Source: Eledone cirrhosa (Eukaryota). From it: DNA of 64,000 nt. Made by a program: the position numbers and the translations under genes. Where the stretch lies: positions 46,500,001 to 46,564,000 of the forward strand of contig OZ024750.1 of assembly GCA_964016885.1 (NCBI GenBank). Direction: 5' to 3'. Under the pieces are notes generated by a model that was not told where the DNA came from, did not search any database, and saw only the letters and a program-made list of their open reading frames with translations. Of this stretch, positions 40,831 through 55,663 are shown piece after piece; position 1 is the stretch's first letter, and each line of letters opens with the position of its first letter.

Positions 40831-41593
40831 CCAAGAAATCTTTACCAGATTAAAGAGTCCGGTAGGATTTTCCACTCATTATTTTGATATGCGATGGGTT
40901 GGTGGTATCAGTAGAGGGTCGGGCGCCATGCTTTATAACTTTGCCTTTCATCCTTACAGGGGTCGATAAAATAAAGAACCAGAAATGCACTGGGATAATT
41001 GCTGGCCTTGTGCCAAACATAGAAACTATTATTTTGATATACTGCTACAGTAACTTGGTTGAGAGATTATAAAAATATTTTTGTAGAGTTAAGAAAATAT
41101 ATTTAGTAGAGAGCTTCACTAGTCTCATAGACTGTTCCACTGAATAATTTGCAGTTTCTGTTGGTCATTCCATGTGAAATCTGATACCTAGGATGAAAGG
41201 CTTTCCAGTCTTGGCCATCTCGTTGAAATTTCACCGAGATAAACTGTTTCTTTAACATTCATGTTTCCAAGTGGCAGACCAGATATTATTAGAGCGATCA
41301 GAAATAATTACCAATAGTAAAACTAAAGACATTCAAATTTAATTCAATCGATATTGCAGCTTCACTACCCCCCCCCCCCCCCCCCCCCACCATCTACACC
41401 CTCACCCCACCACCACCATCTACACAGAAGTTCTATAAAGGGAAGGAAAAACAAACAAAACCAATAGTCCTCAGATATTTTTATGATCACATCGTGTAAT
41501 TATCGCAGATATTAATCCGGCAAAAATTCATCACGTATTTTTGATATGACGAAGTGGAAAACACCCCATCCCCCCAAAAACACACACATACAT

Positions 41594-41722
<129 letters not shown>

Positions 41723-41802
41723 CACACGGACATACACACACAGATATATATATATATACATACCATATACTGTACGGATTGTGTTATTTCTGTTTACCTT
41801 TT

Positions 41803-41836
<34 letters not shown>

Positions 41837-42058
41837 GCCTACATATACACATACACATGATACGCACTATCACACGGATAGATTTGAACATATAGACACA
41901 TATACACACATACTCACGGACAATGACACACACACACGCACGCGCACACACACCTACACCCCCCCGCCCCCCACACACACAGTTTGGTTGGAGATTAGGT
42001 TGGATTTCACTTAATCTGGAATATCATTGCTAAGAAAATTGTAATATTAATTATTTAT

Positions 42059-42068
42059 AGAAGAAGAA

Positions 42069-42100
<32 letters not shown>

Positions 42101-42668
42101 AGACGAAGAAGAAGAAGAAGAAGAAGAAGAAGGAGAAGGAGAAGGAGAAGAAGAAGGAGAAGGAGAAGAAGAAGAAGAAGAAGAAGAAGAAGAAGAAGAA
42201 GAAGAAGAAGAAAAAGAAAGAGGAAGGAGAAGAAGAAGAAGAAAAAGAAAGAGGAAGGAGAAGGAGGTTCTATTTGTAGAAACCATAGTATTTCGAGTTT
42301 TTCTTTCTATACCTGTGTACTATGTGTCAGTATTTAATTAGGTGTGTATGTATGTATGTATGTGTATGTGTGTATGTGTATGTGTGTATGTATGTGTGGG
42401 TATGTGTGTATGTATGTATGTGTATGTATGTATGTGTGTGTATGTATGTGTGTGTGTGTGTATGTATGTGTGTATGCATGTGTGTATGTATGTGTGTGTA
42501 TATGTGTGTATGTATGTGTATGTGTGTATGTGTATGTGTGTATGTGTGTGTGTATGTATGTGTGTATGTATGTGTGTGTATATGTGTGTATGTATGTGTA
42601 TGTGTGTAAGTGTATGTGTGTGTGTGTGTGTATGTATGTGTGTATGTATGTATGTGTGTATGTATGTA

Positions 42669-42699
<31 letters not shown>

Positions 42700-42770
42700 G
42701 TGTGTATGTGTGTATGTATGTATATGTGTATGTGTATGTATGTATGTGTGTATGTGTATGTATATGTGAG
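42059..42770. repeat. (GAA/GGA)n tract followed by a (TG)/(TGTA) compound microsatellite
   Basis: Seen directly. Confidence 0.9.
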
Positions 42771-42884
42771 TGTGTTGCTTTAATTATATATCTTTGCTTT
42801 TGTTCTGTATTTTACTTTTCTTTGATGTTTTAGGAACGAGAGCGGATTACACATCCGTATACACATTTAGACATAGCCACACAC

Positions 42885-42913
42885 ATATTCATACTGAGGC
42901 AGTACACATACAC

Positions 42914-42957
<44 letters not shown>

Positions 42958-43395
42958 TACATACTGAGGTAGTACACATACACACAACACACTTATATAT
43001 ATATATATAGACACACACACATACTGAGGCAGTACACATACACACAACATATATATACATAGACACACACACATACATACTGAGACAATACACATACACA
43101 CAACACACATATATATATATATATAGACACACACACATACTGAGGCAGTACACATACACACAACATGTATATATAGACACACACACATACTGAGGCAGTA
43201 CACATACACACAACACACACATATATATATATATATATAGACACACACACATACTGAGGCAGTACACATACACACAACACACACATATATATATATACAC
43301 ACACACACATACTGAGGCAGTACACATACACACAACACACTTATATATATATATATATATAGACACACACACATACTGAGGCAGTACGCACATTT

Positions 43396-43426
<31 letters not shown>

Positions 43427-43515
43427 GGCACACACATATTCATACTGAGGCAGTACACATACACACAACATATATATATATAGACACACACATACTGAGG
43501 CAGTACACATACACA
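42885..43515. repeat. Composite minisatellite: 11 copies of catactgaggcagtacacatacacacaac with variable (AT)/(AC) linkers
   Basis: The core recurs every 50-70 bp. A second related array (cagttatatacatacacac...) follows at about 43560-44165. Confidence 0.9.
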
Positions 43516-44584
43516 CACAAAACAAAAAGATACACACACAGATATATATATATACACATGCAGTTACATACATACACACACACTCCCACACATAAATACA
43601 CACATACACTTTCTTATAAATACACATACAATCCGACACATATAAATACACACACAGATAGTTATATACATACACACACTCCCACACATATATAAATACA
43701 CACACATACACTTACATACATACACACACATTCCCACACTCATATATATATATACACACACACATACTGTTATATACATACACACACTCCCCCATTTATA
43801 TATATATATATACAGACAGGCAGTTATATACATACATACACTCACACACATATAATACATACACATACACTTACACACATACGCACACATTCCTACACAC
43901 ACATATATATATATACACACGCACAGATACAGTTATATATATATACACACATTCTAACACACATATATATATACACACACATACAGTTATATACATACAC
44001 CCACACTCCCACGCATATAAATACACACACATGCAGTTATATACATACACACACATTCCTACATACATATATATATATATACACCCACACACACACAGGC
44101 CGTTATATACATACACACACTCCCACACATATATAAATACACACACATACACTTACATACATGCACACACTCTCACAAAATCACGACGAGTGTTTCACTT
44201 GTTTGTACAACGGAATAGCCTGATTGTGAAATTATCGATCAAATAGCTTAGCAATCCACAGGCACGTGTACTCCTAATATTTTAATCAGATACGATATAT
44301 GACAATACGGGTCCTTTGAATCGTATATATATGATGGCGATTCACATCCGCTCTGGTTGAAGCCAGAGGGAACACTTGTGGAAGTCCTCAGCAAATCTAA
44401 AGTGCAAATCAATGGTCGGAAACAGGTGTAGGTGAGAAGGACGTATCTAGCCGTCAAGTAGCTTGTTCCCTGAGTGGACTGGAGAATTATTAACTGAAGT
44501 GTCTTGGTCAAAGATGCAAACGAACGAATCACCGGCAATGGAATCTACGACATTTCGATCGCGACATGAACGCGACTTCACCAC

Positions 44585-45163
44585 ACTCGGACGTTATGCT
44601 TTGACGCATAGAGTTACGGCCCTTTCCATTCTGAGTTCAAATCCCGCCGAGGTTAACTTTGCCTTTCATCCTTACGGGGTCGATAAAATAAAGTACCAGT
44701 AATGTACTGGATAATTGCTGGCCCTGTGCCAAATTTAGAAACCATTATTACAGCTAGGGTGGATTGGCAGTATCTGTTGAGGGTCGGACGCCATGCTTTC
44801 TAGCATAGTTACGTCCCTTTATGGGTCTGAGTTCAAATCCCGCCGAGGTTAACTTTGCCTTTCATCCTTACGGCGTCGATAAAATAAAGTACCAGTAATG
44901 TACTGGTTATTTGCTGGCCTTGTGCCAAAAGTAGAAAAAAATATTACAGCTAGGGTGGGTTGGCAGTATCGGTAGAGTGTCGGACGACATAGAGTTACCT
45001 AGTATACCTAGCATAGAGTTACCTCCCTTTATGATCTGAGTTCAAATCCCGTCGATGTTAACTTTACCTTTCATCCTTACGGAGTCGATAAAATAAAGTA
45101 CCAGTAATACACTGAGATAATTGCTAGCCTTGTGCCTAAAGTAGAAACAATTATTACAGCTAG
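44585..45163 (+). mobile_element. Three head-to-tail SINE copies
   Basis: Each copy ends in attacagctag (44747, 44943, 45153). Confidence 0.9.
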
Positions 45164-45399
45164 ACAGTTCCATAGTTCATGTATGACAATTTTATTAAGA
45201 GAGTCGCCTTGTCATCACTGAGTTTCACATGTGAAGCTAACTTGCAAGTGGTGTCATGACTGCGGGTGTAACACCTGTCGGATGGATTTTTGCAGATACC
45301 ATGGTGGTAGTTATCTCGACAATATGTGATCTTCGACTTGCACTCGATAGGTTTGATGCCGAGTGCTGCATGGCTGGAATGAAAAATCAGTGCTGCGTA

Positions 45400-45963
45400 A
45401 ACTGTGACTCTGGTCCTTTCAAGAAAGTCTGCGCAGTGCACTTTACATGTAAATCGAGTTCCACTGAAGCAGTTGGAGAAGTTCAAGATTCTCGGAGCCG
45501 TTTTCACGAGTGATGGAAGGCAGGAGGCTGAATTAAGTGCAATAATTGTAGGATCTATTGCACTAATGAACCAGCTCCAACATTCAGTAATCAGAAGAAG
45601 GGAGATAGGTGTAACAGCCAAACTCACTATCTTCAATTCGGTATTCGCGCCAACCGTTATGACTGCAAGAACACGATGGCGAATGAGACTGGCCGAAACT
45701 GGGTTGGGTTCACCCGAAGGGTCTTTAAAGTAACATTCCTCGATAGAGTACGTTGCTTGGAGATGAGAGATTCACTCCAGGTGGAGCCGCTACTTTTCCG
45801 AATTGAGAGATCACAGCTTCGATAATATGGCCACGTGGCTAGAATGTCTCAGGAAATAACCACTGAACAGATTTTACGGGCGAAACCAACTGGCAGGGGA
45901 TCTTGTAGTAGACTCCGAGCAAGATGGTTGGATAACATCCATGTGCTTGGTTGGTCTTGCTTG
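45400..45963 (+). mobile_element. RTE-clade LINE C-terminal fragment
   Basis: LKQLEKFKILGAVFTSDGR...AKLTIFNSVFAPT...GHVARMSQE...RARWLDNI, followed by (GAA)n. Confidence 0.8.
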
Positions 45964-46579
45964 AGAAGAAGAAGAAGAAGAAGAAGAAGAAGAAGAAGAA
46001 GAAGAAGAAGAAGAAGAAGAAGAAGATACACTTGTAGTTATAAATTATAGAAAAATACGCATGCACATACACAAAATACATACTTACACAATGAGAAACA
46101 TTCATAGAAATACACAGACATATACAAGTAGAATCGTATATATTGAAGCACACACATATACATACACACAAGCAAATATACATAGACACATGCGCATATA
46201 CATACACACATGCACGTATACATACACACACACATACGTATACATACACACACACACACACACAAACACACACACGCAGAGACACAAAAACACACACAGA
46301 GACACACAACACAGAGGCAGACAAACTGAATAACACACACACACAGAGACTCACACACACACATAGAGAAACACACACACATACAAACACAATCAGACCC
46401 CCACACACAGACAAAAACACACACATACACAAACACACACACACACAGACACGAACACACACACATACACAAACACACACATACACCCACACACAAACAC
46501 ACACATACACAGACACAAATACACACACACATACTCACACACACATACACACACATACACACCTACACACACACACGTC

Positions 46580-46639
<60 letters not shown>

Positions 46640-46726
46640 CACACAGATGACAACATGTAGTAACACATATATATATATATATATACAGAATTTCGAATCA
46701 AAGGAAAAAAGAGCCAGAGCACACTG

Positions 46727-46847
<121 letters not shown>

Positions 46848-47037
46848 TCACGCACACATACACTCACAAGTACACACAGACACACACTCACTGACGCACA
46901 TACACACACACACATATATATATATATAATAGCATCACACAGAGATAACATGCAGCCACACACACATACACATGCATAAAACAATAGACATACTCAAACA
47001 TCTATTAACACATTCATTCAGAGAGAGAGTGAGAGAA

Positions 47038-47155
<118 letters not shown>

Positions 47156-47271
47156 GTTGTAAACGAACAACACACGATATTGAAAAACACACGAACTCAT
47201 ATACAGAAGCACATACACACACACACACAAATACACATACACACACACACACAAACACCCAAACACACACC

Positions 47272-47326
<55 letters not shown>

Positions 47327-47416
47327 ACACACACACACACACACACATACACACACACATACACACACACACACACACACACAAATACACACACAAACAC
47401 ATACACATACACACAT

Positions 47417-47469
<53 letters not shown>

Positions 47470-48239
47470 GATGCATATTGTACACAAACCAGGACACACA
47501 GACAACAACACTAATACACTGACATACAACCTTCTTTCTTCTACCCGCTCTACCCTTTACCACCCCCCTCTCTCTCTTTTTAACATCTCCCACCCCCTGT
47601 TTCTCTATAACATTATTTTAGTTCACCTAATATGCATCACCTCACCTAATAATTCTCTCCCTTTTAATCCCCTCTGTCAGATTTGTGTAAATCTTACCAT
47701 TTTAATATTCTTCATGTGTTTTCTCTCTCGTTATATTCTGATCTCATTTAAAATTTCTCTGTTTTTTAGTCATACAAAACAACAAAGAATTTATAATTCT
47801 GTTTGATTTTTCATGTTTTTAAATTTTCCTTGTAGAATTTTATCCACGTTTTGCTTGTTAATACAATTGTCATTTTTTTTTTTGGCATTTTATAGTCGTT
47901 GTAAAATTGATTGTGTATAGTTGATCCCAGTATATAACTGGTTAGGCGCCGAATTGACAAAGACTTTAGGACGTCGAATTTAAAATGTCTCGTTATTTGT
48001 TGTGGCTTAGTCAGTTCTGATTTCAAATCCCTCCACTGAAGTCAACTTTGTCTCAATACATTTATTTGGTGTCAATACGGATCCAGGTTAGTTACGAACA
48101 AGCTAGTAATGTGGTAATGAATGAATGCCGAGTGGCGACTAACGGCTAAACAATAACTAGGGAAAAACCTAAATATGGAATGTTACGCGATGCCCCCAAA
48201 ACACACACACACACACCACCATCACCACCACCACACACA

Positions 48240-49210
48240 CACACCAGCCCCGGCGGACAGGTTGGAGAAGGCGTTCCCACGGATGATGGCAAGGGAGACG
48301 GGCTGGAAAAGCCACTCCAAATTGCGGGATTCACATCTCGGCGCCTATGGTGGTGAGTAGGGAAGTAGCCCTAGGGCCGAGGACACCAGAAGTCTCCACT
48401 GCCAGGGGTTGTGTTCGATTCTTCGTAAGTAGCTTTACAGCTTCCTCTCTATCTTTGTCAATGTTTGTGCCTGCTGTCTGTATACATATCTGTCAGTGTC
48501 TCCTCTCCCTCTCTCACCCTCTCTCTCACTGACGGTGGAACAAATCGACTTAGAGAAAGATGGTCTCTGCCAGGCTTGAAAAGGTTAAAACGTGTCATGC
48601 TATAAAGCGAAACCTCTCCCACTCCACCAGTTGTTAGCTTTCCTTTTCTTACGTTAGCCTCGCGCCTGTGAGCCCCACAAATGCCGCTACTGTACCATTG
48701 TAGATCCTTTTGATCTCCACCCTCCCTCATGCCGTTACAATACTGGCCGGACAACACACCATGCTGCTCTCAACAAGATCATAAACCATGACCGGGACGG
48801 GAAAGGCTTTCTTTCCCAGCTGGAGCCAGTAGGGATAGATCGAGGGCACGGTGAAAAGCCAGACGGCATCACAATCTTCACGTTTCACAGGGTAGGCCCC
48901 TCATCTGGAATGCCACATGCTGTGACACATAGCCAAGTGGCAACCTGGTGCATTTGGCCCCCATTCCAGGCTCTGCTGCCTGTCAGGGCAAACTGTCCAA
49001 GTATCGGCCCCTCTTAGATAGGTTTGGGCTATAGCCTGTAGCAATGGAGACTTCCGAGGTTCTTGGCCCCCGGTCCACATCCCTAGAGACTGCGGAGTTC
49101 GCCGCCCGCAGGTGCGAGCCCAGTGATATGAGTTGGCTCTTCCAGTGCGTCTGTCTTACTGTCCTCGGGGACAATATATTCTCCATCCTGTCGGTCGTGA
49201 CCCAGGGGCG
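48240..49210. mobile_element. GC-richer degenerate fragments, probably LINE-derived; two diverged paralogous pieces in opposite orientation
   Basis: 48300-48410 resembles the reverse complement of 49035-49160 (SREVALGPRTPEVS vs SRDVDRGPRTSEVS). No diagnostic motif. Confidence 0.35.
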
Positions 49211-49305
49211 GAGTGTAAGTTGATTGGACGTGGAGGTTACTCCTCACTTTCTCATCTGTTACATCGTTCGTAGTTCCACTAAAAATAACACACGCACGCA
49301 CACCC

Positions 49306-49400
<95 letters not shown>

Positions 49401-49405
49401 GTTCT

Positions 49406-49610
49406 GGAGGCACGTGGCCCAGTGGTAAGGGTGTTGGACTAACGATCATAATGTTGTGGGTTCGATTCCTTGAGCAAAACGCCTCATTTCACGTTACTCC
49501 AGTATACTCAGCTGAAATTTAGTACCAGCAATAGCTGGAGATTTAACCCTGCGATGGACTGGCGTCCTGTCCAGTGGGGAGTCTTGTACACTCAGTCGCT
49601 TCAAGCCATA
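49406..49610 (+). mobile_element. tRNA-head SINE (second family)
   Basis: A box TGGCCCAGTGG, B box GGTTCGATTCC, body ccctgcgatggactggcgtcctgtccag. Confidence 0.7.
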
Positions 49611-49659
49611 ATACAAGCACTGGCCAAACACGCCTTCTGCTTAAGACAGACTAGAGACT

Positions 49660-49706
<47 letters not shown>

Positions 49707-50324
49707 TGTGTGTATATGTGTGTGTGTTTGTGTAGGTGTGCGTGTATGTGTGTGTGTATGTGTGTGTTTGTGTGTGTGTGCGTGTATGTGTGTGTGTGTG
49801 TGGGCGGGGGTGTAGCTGCAGTATTACGTCTAAAACTAGTAAAATTTATAACTGATTATACTGAACAATTTTCCCGTTCAGCGACTGCACACACTTACGA
49901 CCAAAAATATTTTGTGTACTTCGATGTTATGTAGTATTGGAATATATTTTACGAAATTATTTTATGTTTCATACATTGTATGCTGTTTATGCAGGAAATT
50001 CGTATTTTTTATGCAGAAAAATATATTTTTTTTATGTTTGTAAATATTTTGCAAATATGTAAGAAATTTACCGTTTCTATGATGTTGTTTCCATTAGACA
50101 TTTACGAATGATTTTATTCAGAGAATTCATTTAAAAGCAAACCGATATTTGGTATAATATTGATATTTACATATATAAATACTGTTTCTACTTTAGAATC
50201 AAGGCAAGCAATTTTGTGCGTGGGGAAATTCGATTACATCGAACCCAGTGCATTACTGGTGTTAATGCACTGGGATCGATTTAATATATGTAAATATCAA
50301 TATTATTACCAATATCAATATTAT

Positions 50325-50495
50325 CAGGGCCGGACGCCATGCTTTGCAGCATGGAGTAACGGCCCCTAATGATCTGAGTTCAAATCCCGCCGAGGTTAAC
50401 TTTTCCTTTCATCCTTACGGGGGTCGATAAAATAAAGTACCAGTAATGTACTGGGTAATTGCTGGCCTTGTGCCAATAGTAGAAACAATTATTAC
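50325..50495 (+). mobile_element. tRNA-derived SINE (dominant family), 5'-truncated
   Basis: Consensus match with a flanking attattaccaa duplication. Confidence 0.8.
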
Positions 50496-51265
50496 CAAAT
50501 ATCGGGTTTCTTTAAATGTATTCTCTTTACATATATAAATATGAGTTTACATGCGGGAGAAACAAATGTGAACAAGTATGTAGTGTGCTATATAGTTATT
50601 ATAGCTCTGAAGTATACCGGTGATTTGAGGGTCATATTATTAAAATAATAGTTTTAGTCATAGAAAATAGACTTCAACTAAGCAAAGGATATGGTATTTT
50701 AAAATATTCTGAAAACAAATAAAATACAATAAATTAAATTAAATTAAAATAAAAACACGATTAAAAATGTCTAAGTAACACATTTTTAAAGACTATCAAG
50801 GGAATTAATTCCTCTTTTGATTCTAGTTACTTCCCTTGACAATTATTTAACATTTTACAGTCAGTTTTGCGATTTAATTCGATTCAATCTTATATTAATA
50901 CCAATTTTATTCTTTGAGTATCGTTTACCACTGTTTCATTTTTTCAATGAATTTTGTTGACAACAATCTGGACAGACGATTCAAAAATTATAGTCAATTA
51001 TTTTTGCACTTTTACCTTGTATAATAGGTTTTGTGATCTCTTAAGGTAGAACGGGTACGGCACCCGTATATAAGGGGCATAACTTAACAACAACAAAAAG
51101 TTACTATGCAGACTTACTATATATATACATATATATATATATCAATGATATTAATAAATGGAAACTATATTTATATAGTTTCCATTTATTAATATCATTG
51201 AGAAAGCCTCGAGTGCTACATAATAGAATAAATATGGTCTTATAACTATAGTTTCCATTAATTAA

Positions 51266-51452
51266 TGTGGATTGGCAGTATCGGTAGAGGGTCGGACGCC
51301 ATGCTTTGACGTATTGAGTTACGGCCCTTGCCATTCTGAGTTCAAATCCCGCCGAGGTTAACTTTGCCTATCATCCTTACTGGTCGATAAAATAAAGTAC
51401 CAGTAATGTACTGGGTAATTGCTGGCCTTGTGCCAAAAGTAGAAACAATTAA
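51266..51452 (+). mobile_element. tRNA-derived SINE inserted in the tail of a family-A element
   Basis: Consensus match; family-A tail sequence on both sides (about 51215-51260 and 51453-51550). Confidence 0.85.
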
Positions 51453-51641
51453 TTTATTAATATCACTGAGAAAACCTTCGAGTGCTTCGAATCTGTTATA
51501 AATATATATATTTGTTGAATTACCAACAAATTGAATATCCCTTTGCTTATATATATATAATATATATAACTATATAACTATATATATATATATATAATAC
51601 GATATATTAACAAATGGAAACTATATTTATAAAACCATATT

Positions 51642-51706
51642 TATTTCATTATACATATTTCAAGGACACCAAGTTAAATTATGGTGCGCTTTCATCAGAT
51701 AAAATA
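51642..51706 (-). ncRNA. Type I hammerhead ribozyme, family A, intact core (element about 51599-51900)
   Basis: Minus: TATTTTAT-CTGATGA-AAGcgCACCAtaatttaactTGGTGtcCTT-GAAA-TATGTA-TA-ATGAAATA. Confidence 0.88.
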
Positions 51707-51938
51707 TAATATAGATCAGTTTTATAAATAAATATTGACATACCCTTAGAGAATGCGACCATTTCTGTCGGAAGCTCCCGGATAGTGGGGTTATTAAATT
51801 TATTTAGTCTATTATGCAAATTAGGGTCGGATATGTTAAAATCACAGTAGATTTAAAATAAGCTGTTGAAGTATGGAAAAAAGGGAAAGAAAAGAAAAAG
51901 AGAAAAACGAAGGAATGGTGGTAGGAACCAGATGGACC

Positions 51939-52464
51939 GTACGTCTGTATACATATATGTATGTACGTATACATACTTATATTTAAGTAACAGCCGTACT
52001 AAGAGTGAGAAATGAAATTTCGTTTCATTTTTTCCGTTTATCGTTTTCGGTACCCCGGCCGATTAACTAACTCTATATGCAAATTAGTCTGCTCAGCCGT
52101 TAATGTGCATAAAGAATGTTATACTTTCAGACGTTCAACCATCTGGCAGGAAGTTATACGTTGCTGACGATAGCTAATAAGCTTGAAACTAGTACAGCGT
52201 TCCTTTGTCAGTGTTGAACAAATGAGCAACGATGGTTGCTAGACACTGTACGGCTTAATTCGGGATGCTTGTTTACAAACACACCGGGCATTATAATAAA
52301 TGTTCGGTGAATCCATACGTACATATATATATGTGTGCATGTATGTATATATATATATACATACTACTGTACGTATGTATACATATATGTATGTACGTAT
52401 ACATACTTATATTTAAGTAACAGCCGTACTAAAGTGAGAAATGAAATTTCGTTTCATTTTTTCC

Positions 52465-52469
<5 letters not shown>
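51939..52469 (+). mobile_element. Partial-tandem element: direct repeat of about 100 bp, 430-bp period, enclosing an HHR
   Basis: 51939-52040 is nearly identical to 52369-52469; ends in (TA)n. Confidence 0.8.
52158..52200 (+). ncRNA. Minimal type I hammerhead ribozyme, family F, intact
   Basis: ACGTTG-CTGACGA-tAGCTaataAGCTt-GAAA-CTAG-TA-CAGCGT; ACTAGT palindromic stem III, GUA site. Confidence 0.9.
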
Positions 52470-52506
<37 letters not shown>

Positions 52507-52747
52507 CCAAAAGGTTATATGGTTCGTTAATTATTCAACGAATTCAATTTTACGATAGATTAGAAGCACTAATAAGCACTATATATATACACACAGGCGC
52601 AGATGTGGTATCGTGTTTAAGGAGTGCACTTCACCTGGTTCATTGGGAATGTGTTTTCTGCTCGTCTAAAAAATGTATACACACTTTGATTACCTGTATA
52701 TTTTATTAGAATGCTGTTGAAGCATATGTGCATTTTTGGGCACACCT

Positions 52748-52825
<78 letters not shown>

Positions 52826-52922
52826 TTAAACTTTAATCTGTTATTTAAAATATTTGCTCTACGGTTCTTATATATTTGATATATATTTATCCTTATCGAG
52901 CCCTCTTCAAATTTATTATTAT

Positions 52923-52959
<37 letters not shown>

Positions 52960-53091
52960 GTATTAAGAATATTTATATTTATATATGTTTGATATAACTA
53001 TAAATATGTAGGGTAGTACTAAGTACTAGCCGGTTACCGGTATGACAAAAGGCTCAATGCAAATTTTCAAGTGTTTTACAGAGCCGAGATA

Positions 53092-53236
53092 CAAAGTGTT
53101 AAAACGATCAAATTTTAGTTTAGAACATTGATTTGCTGACAATTGTTTCTTCCAGATGATTCCAGACTTACCTCTGGAAGAAACAATTGTCATCAAATAA
53201 ACGTTCTAAACTAAAATAAGATCGTTTTTACACTTT
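53092..53236. repeat. Fold-back inverted repeat (arms about 63 bp)
   Basis: aaagtgttaaaacgatc...tttcttccaga / tctggaagaaa...gatcgtttttacacttt; ends at (TA)n. Confidence 0.85.
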
Positions 53237-53333
53237 ATATATATATATATATATACATACATATATATATATCCAGGAGGAATATATGTCTTTTTTTCCG
53301 GGTTTGTCAATATTTATTTATAAAACAAAACTG

Positions 53334-53399
53334 TATTTTATCTGATGAAAGCGCACCATAATTTTCCGTGGTTGCCCTTGAAATATGTATAATAAAATA
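53334..53399 (+). ncRNA. Type I hammerhead ribozyme, family A, intact core
   Basis: TATTTTAT-CTGATGA-AAGcgcACCAtaattttccgTGGTtgccCTT-GAAA-TATGTA-TA-ATAAAATA. Outer stem TATTTATAAAAC (53315-26) / GTTTTATAAATA (53406-17). Confidence 0.9.
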
Positions 53400-53437
53400 A
53401 ATATGGTTTTATAAATATAGTTTCCATTTATTAATAT

Positions 53438-53498
<61 letters not shown>

Positions 53499-53773
53499 TC
53501 AATGTTTATATGGAAAAGGGGAAAGAGGCAGGATCAGAAAATAGAGAGTGGTCTCTGACGCACGATATTTTTCGATTATATATATATCGGGCCCAGAACT
53601 GGGCCTGTTCGGTAGGGATCGAACCGTGAGCTGATCAGTCGCATCTCCCTGAATAAACTTAATGAAAATTTGACACGTCACCCCTACTTATTAGGACCTC
53701 TTATTTTTATCTAAAGACATTTTCTCCAATTCCATCCCGCCCCTCCCCTCAATCTATCTTATTTCCCATTCTT

Positions 53774-53809
53774 TCTTCTGATAAAAGACTAGCGTCCGAA
53801 ACGTTAAGA
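53774..53809 (+). ncRNA. Degenerate minimal HHR motif (family G)
   Basis: TCTT-CTGATAA-aaGACtagcGTCc-GAAAC-GTT-AAGA (G8>A). A second, more decayed copy is at about 36405-36440. Confidence 0.55.
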
Positions 53810-53890
53810 CCCTCTTCCTGCTATATCAAGCGTTAACCTAATATATCCCTTCCATATACTGTACCGATTGTCTTGTTATTTATGTTTACC

Positions 53891-54357
<467 letters not shown>

Positions 54358-55290
54358 TAAAGTGGTCCTTCATCAGTGATCTTCCAACCATCACAGGTAT
54401 TTCTTCGCTTTAAAGACCATATACCTCCGGTTGGTGCAAGCAATGGCTAAAAAAAGTCGTTGGGACACGTAAAAAAGGGGACAGCGAGAGTGTAAACAAA
54501 CAAAGATATATATACATGTGTGTGTGTGTGTGTGTGTGTGCGCGTGTGTCCGTCAGTATGTGATTGTGTTTGTATGTGTGTGTGTGTATGTTTGTGTGCG
54601 TTTGTATATGTGAGTTTGTGTTTGAATGACTTTCCGTTTGTGTCCGTGTTTATATTTATGTCAATTAATCTAGTGTTTAGACTAAATACTGGAATCGTCT
54701 GAGGAAGGGGAGGGGTTAGTTTAGAAAGACATATAGACAATAGGCTGTGTGTTTGTATATGTTATACCACTCGTGTGAGTGAGCCCGAAGGAACTGACCA
54801 ACAAACAAACACATCTCTTTTTCATATTATGTATAGATATTACAATTAGCTGTCATTTTTGACGACACGGGGCCAGCTAATCTTATATAGGTAGCCGGTG
54901 GTCGGACTTTTACGAAGCGCTGAGGGGATAACGTTGATGCGCACAGATGCTATCAAAATAGCTTATAAAATAAGGTGAAATCTCTAAGAGACAGAATAAG
55001 AAGTTACCATCGGTTGCTATGGGGAATTGATTCCCGTAACCCCCAGATACTACTTAAGATATTTGAACCACTAATTCAAAGTACCGTGACAACAATTACC
55101 TTCTTAAATTAGGTAGCTGAATAATAACTTTATATGTAAACAGTCAGCGTATATATTGCTCAGACTTTTACGAGGAGTTGATTGACTTAATATAAAGGAT
55201 TATGTGATGAGCATCGTAGCTCACATCTCGCAAATACCGGGTAGATGCTTTCAAATATTAAACCGATCATCATTGTACGGTATTATTGGA

Positions 55291-55663
55291 AGTGGATTGG
55301 CAGTATCGGTAGAGGATCGGACGCCATGCTTTGACGCATAGAGTTACGGCCCTTGCCATTCTGAGTTCAAATCCCGCCGAGGTTAACTTTGCCTTTCATC
55401 CTTACGGGGTCGATAAAATAAAGTACCAGTAATGTACTGGGTAATTGCTGGCCTTGTGCCTAAAGTAGAAACAATTATTGGAAGCGGTGGATTGGCAGTA
55501 TCGGTAGAGGGTCGGATGCCATGCTTTGACGCATAGAGTTAAGGCTCTTGTCATTCTGAGTTCAAATCCCGCCTTTCATCCTTACGGGCTCGATCAAGTA
55601 AAGCACCAGTAATGTACTGGGTAATTGCTGGCCTTGTGCCAAAAATAGAAACAATTATTGGAA
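55291..55663 (+). mobile_element. Two head-to-tail SINE copies
   Basis: attattggaa at 55282, 55474 and 55654 delimits the copies. Confidence 0.9.

Noticed and set aside
42885-43515. CRISPR-like repeat-spacer appearance
   Set aside because: Spacers are microsatellites of variable length, there are no cas genes, and the context is eukaryotic.
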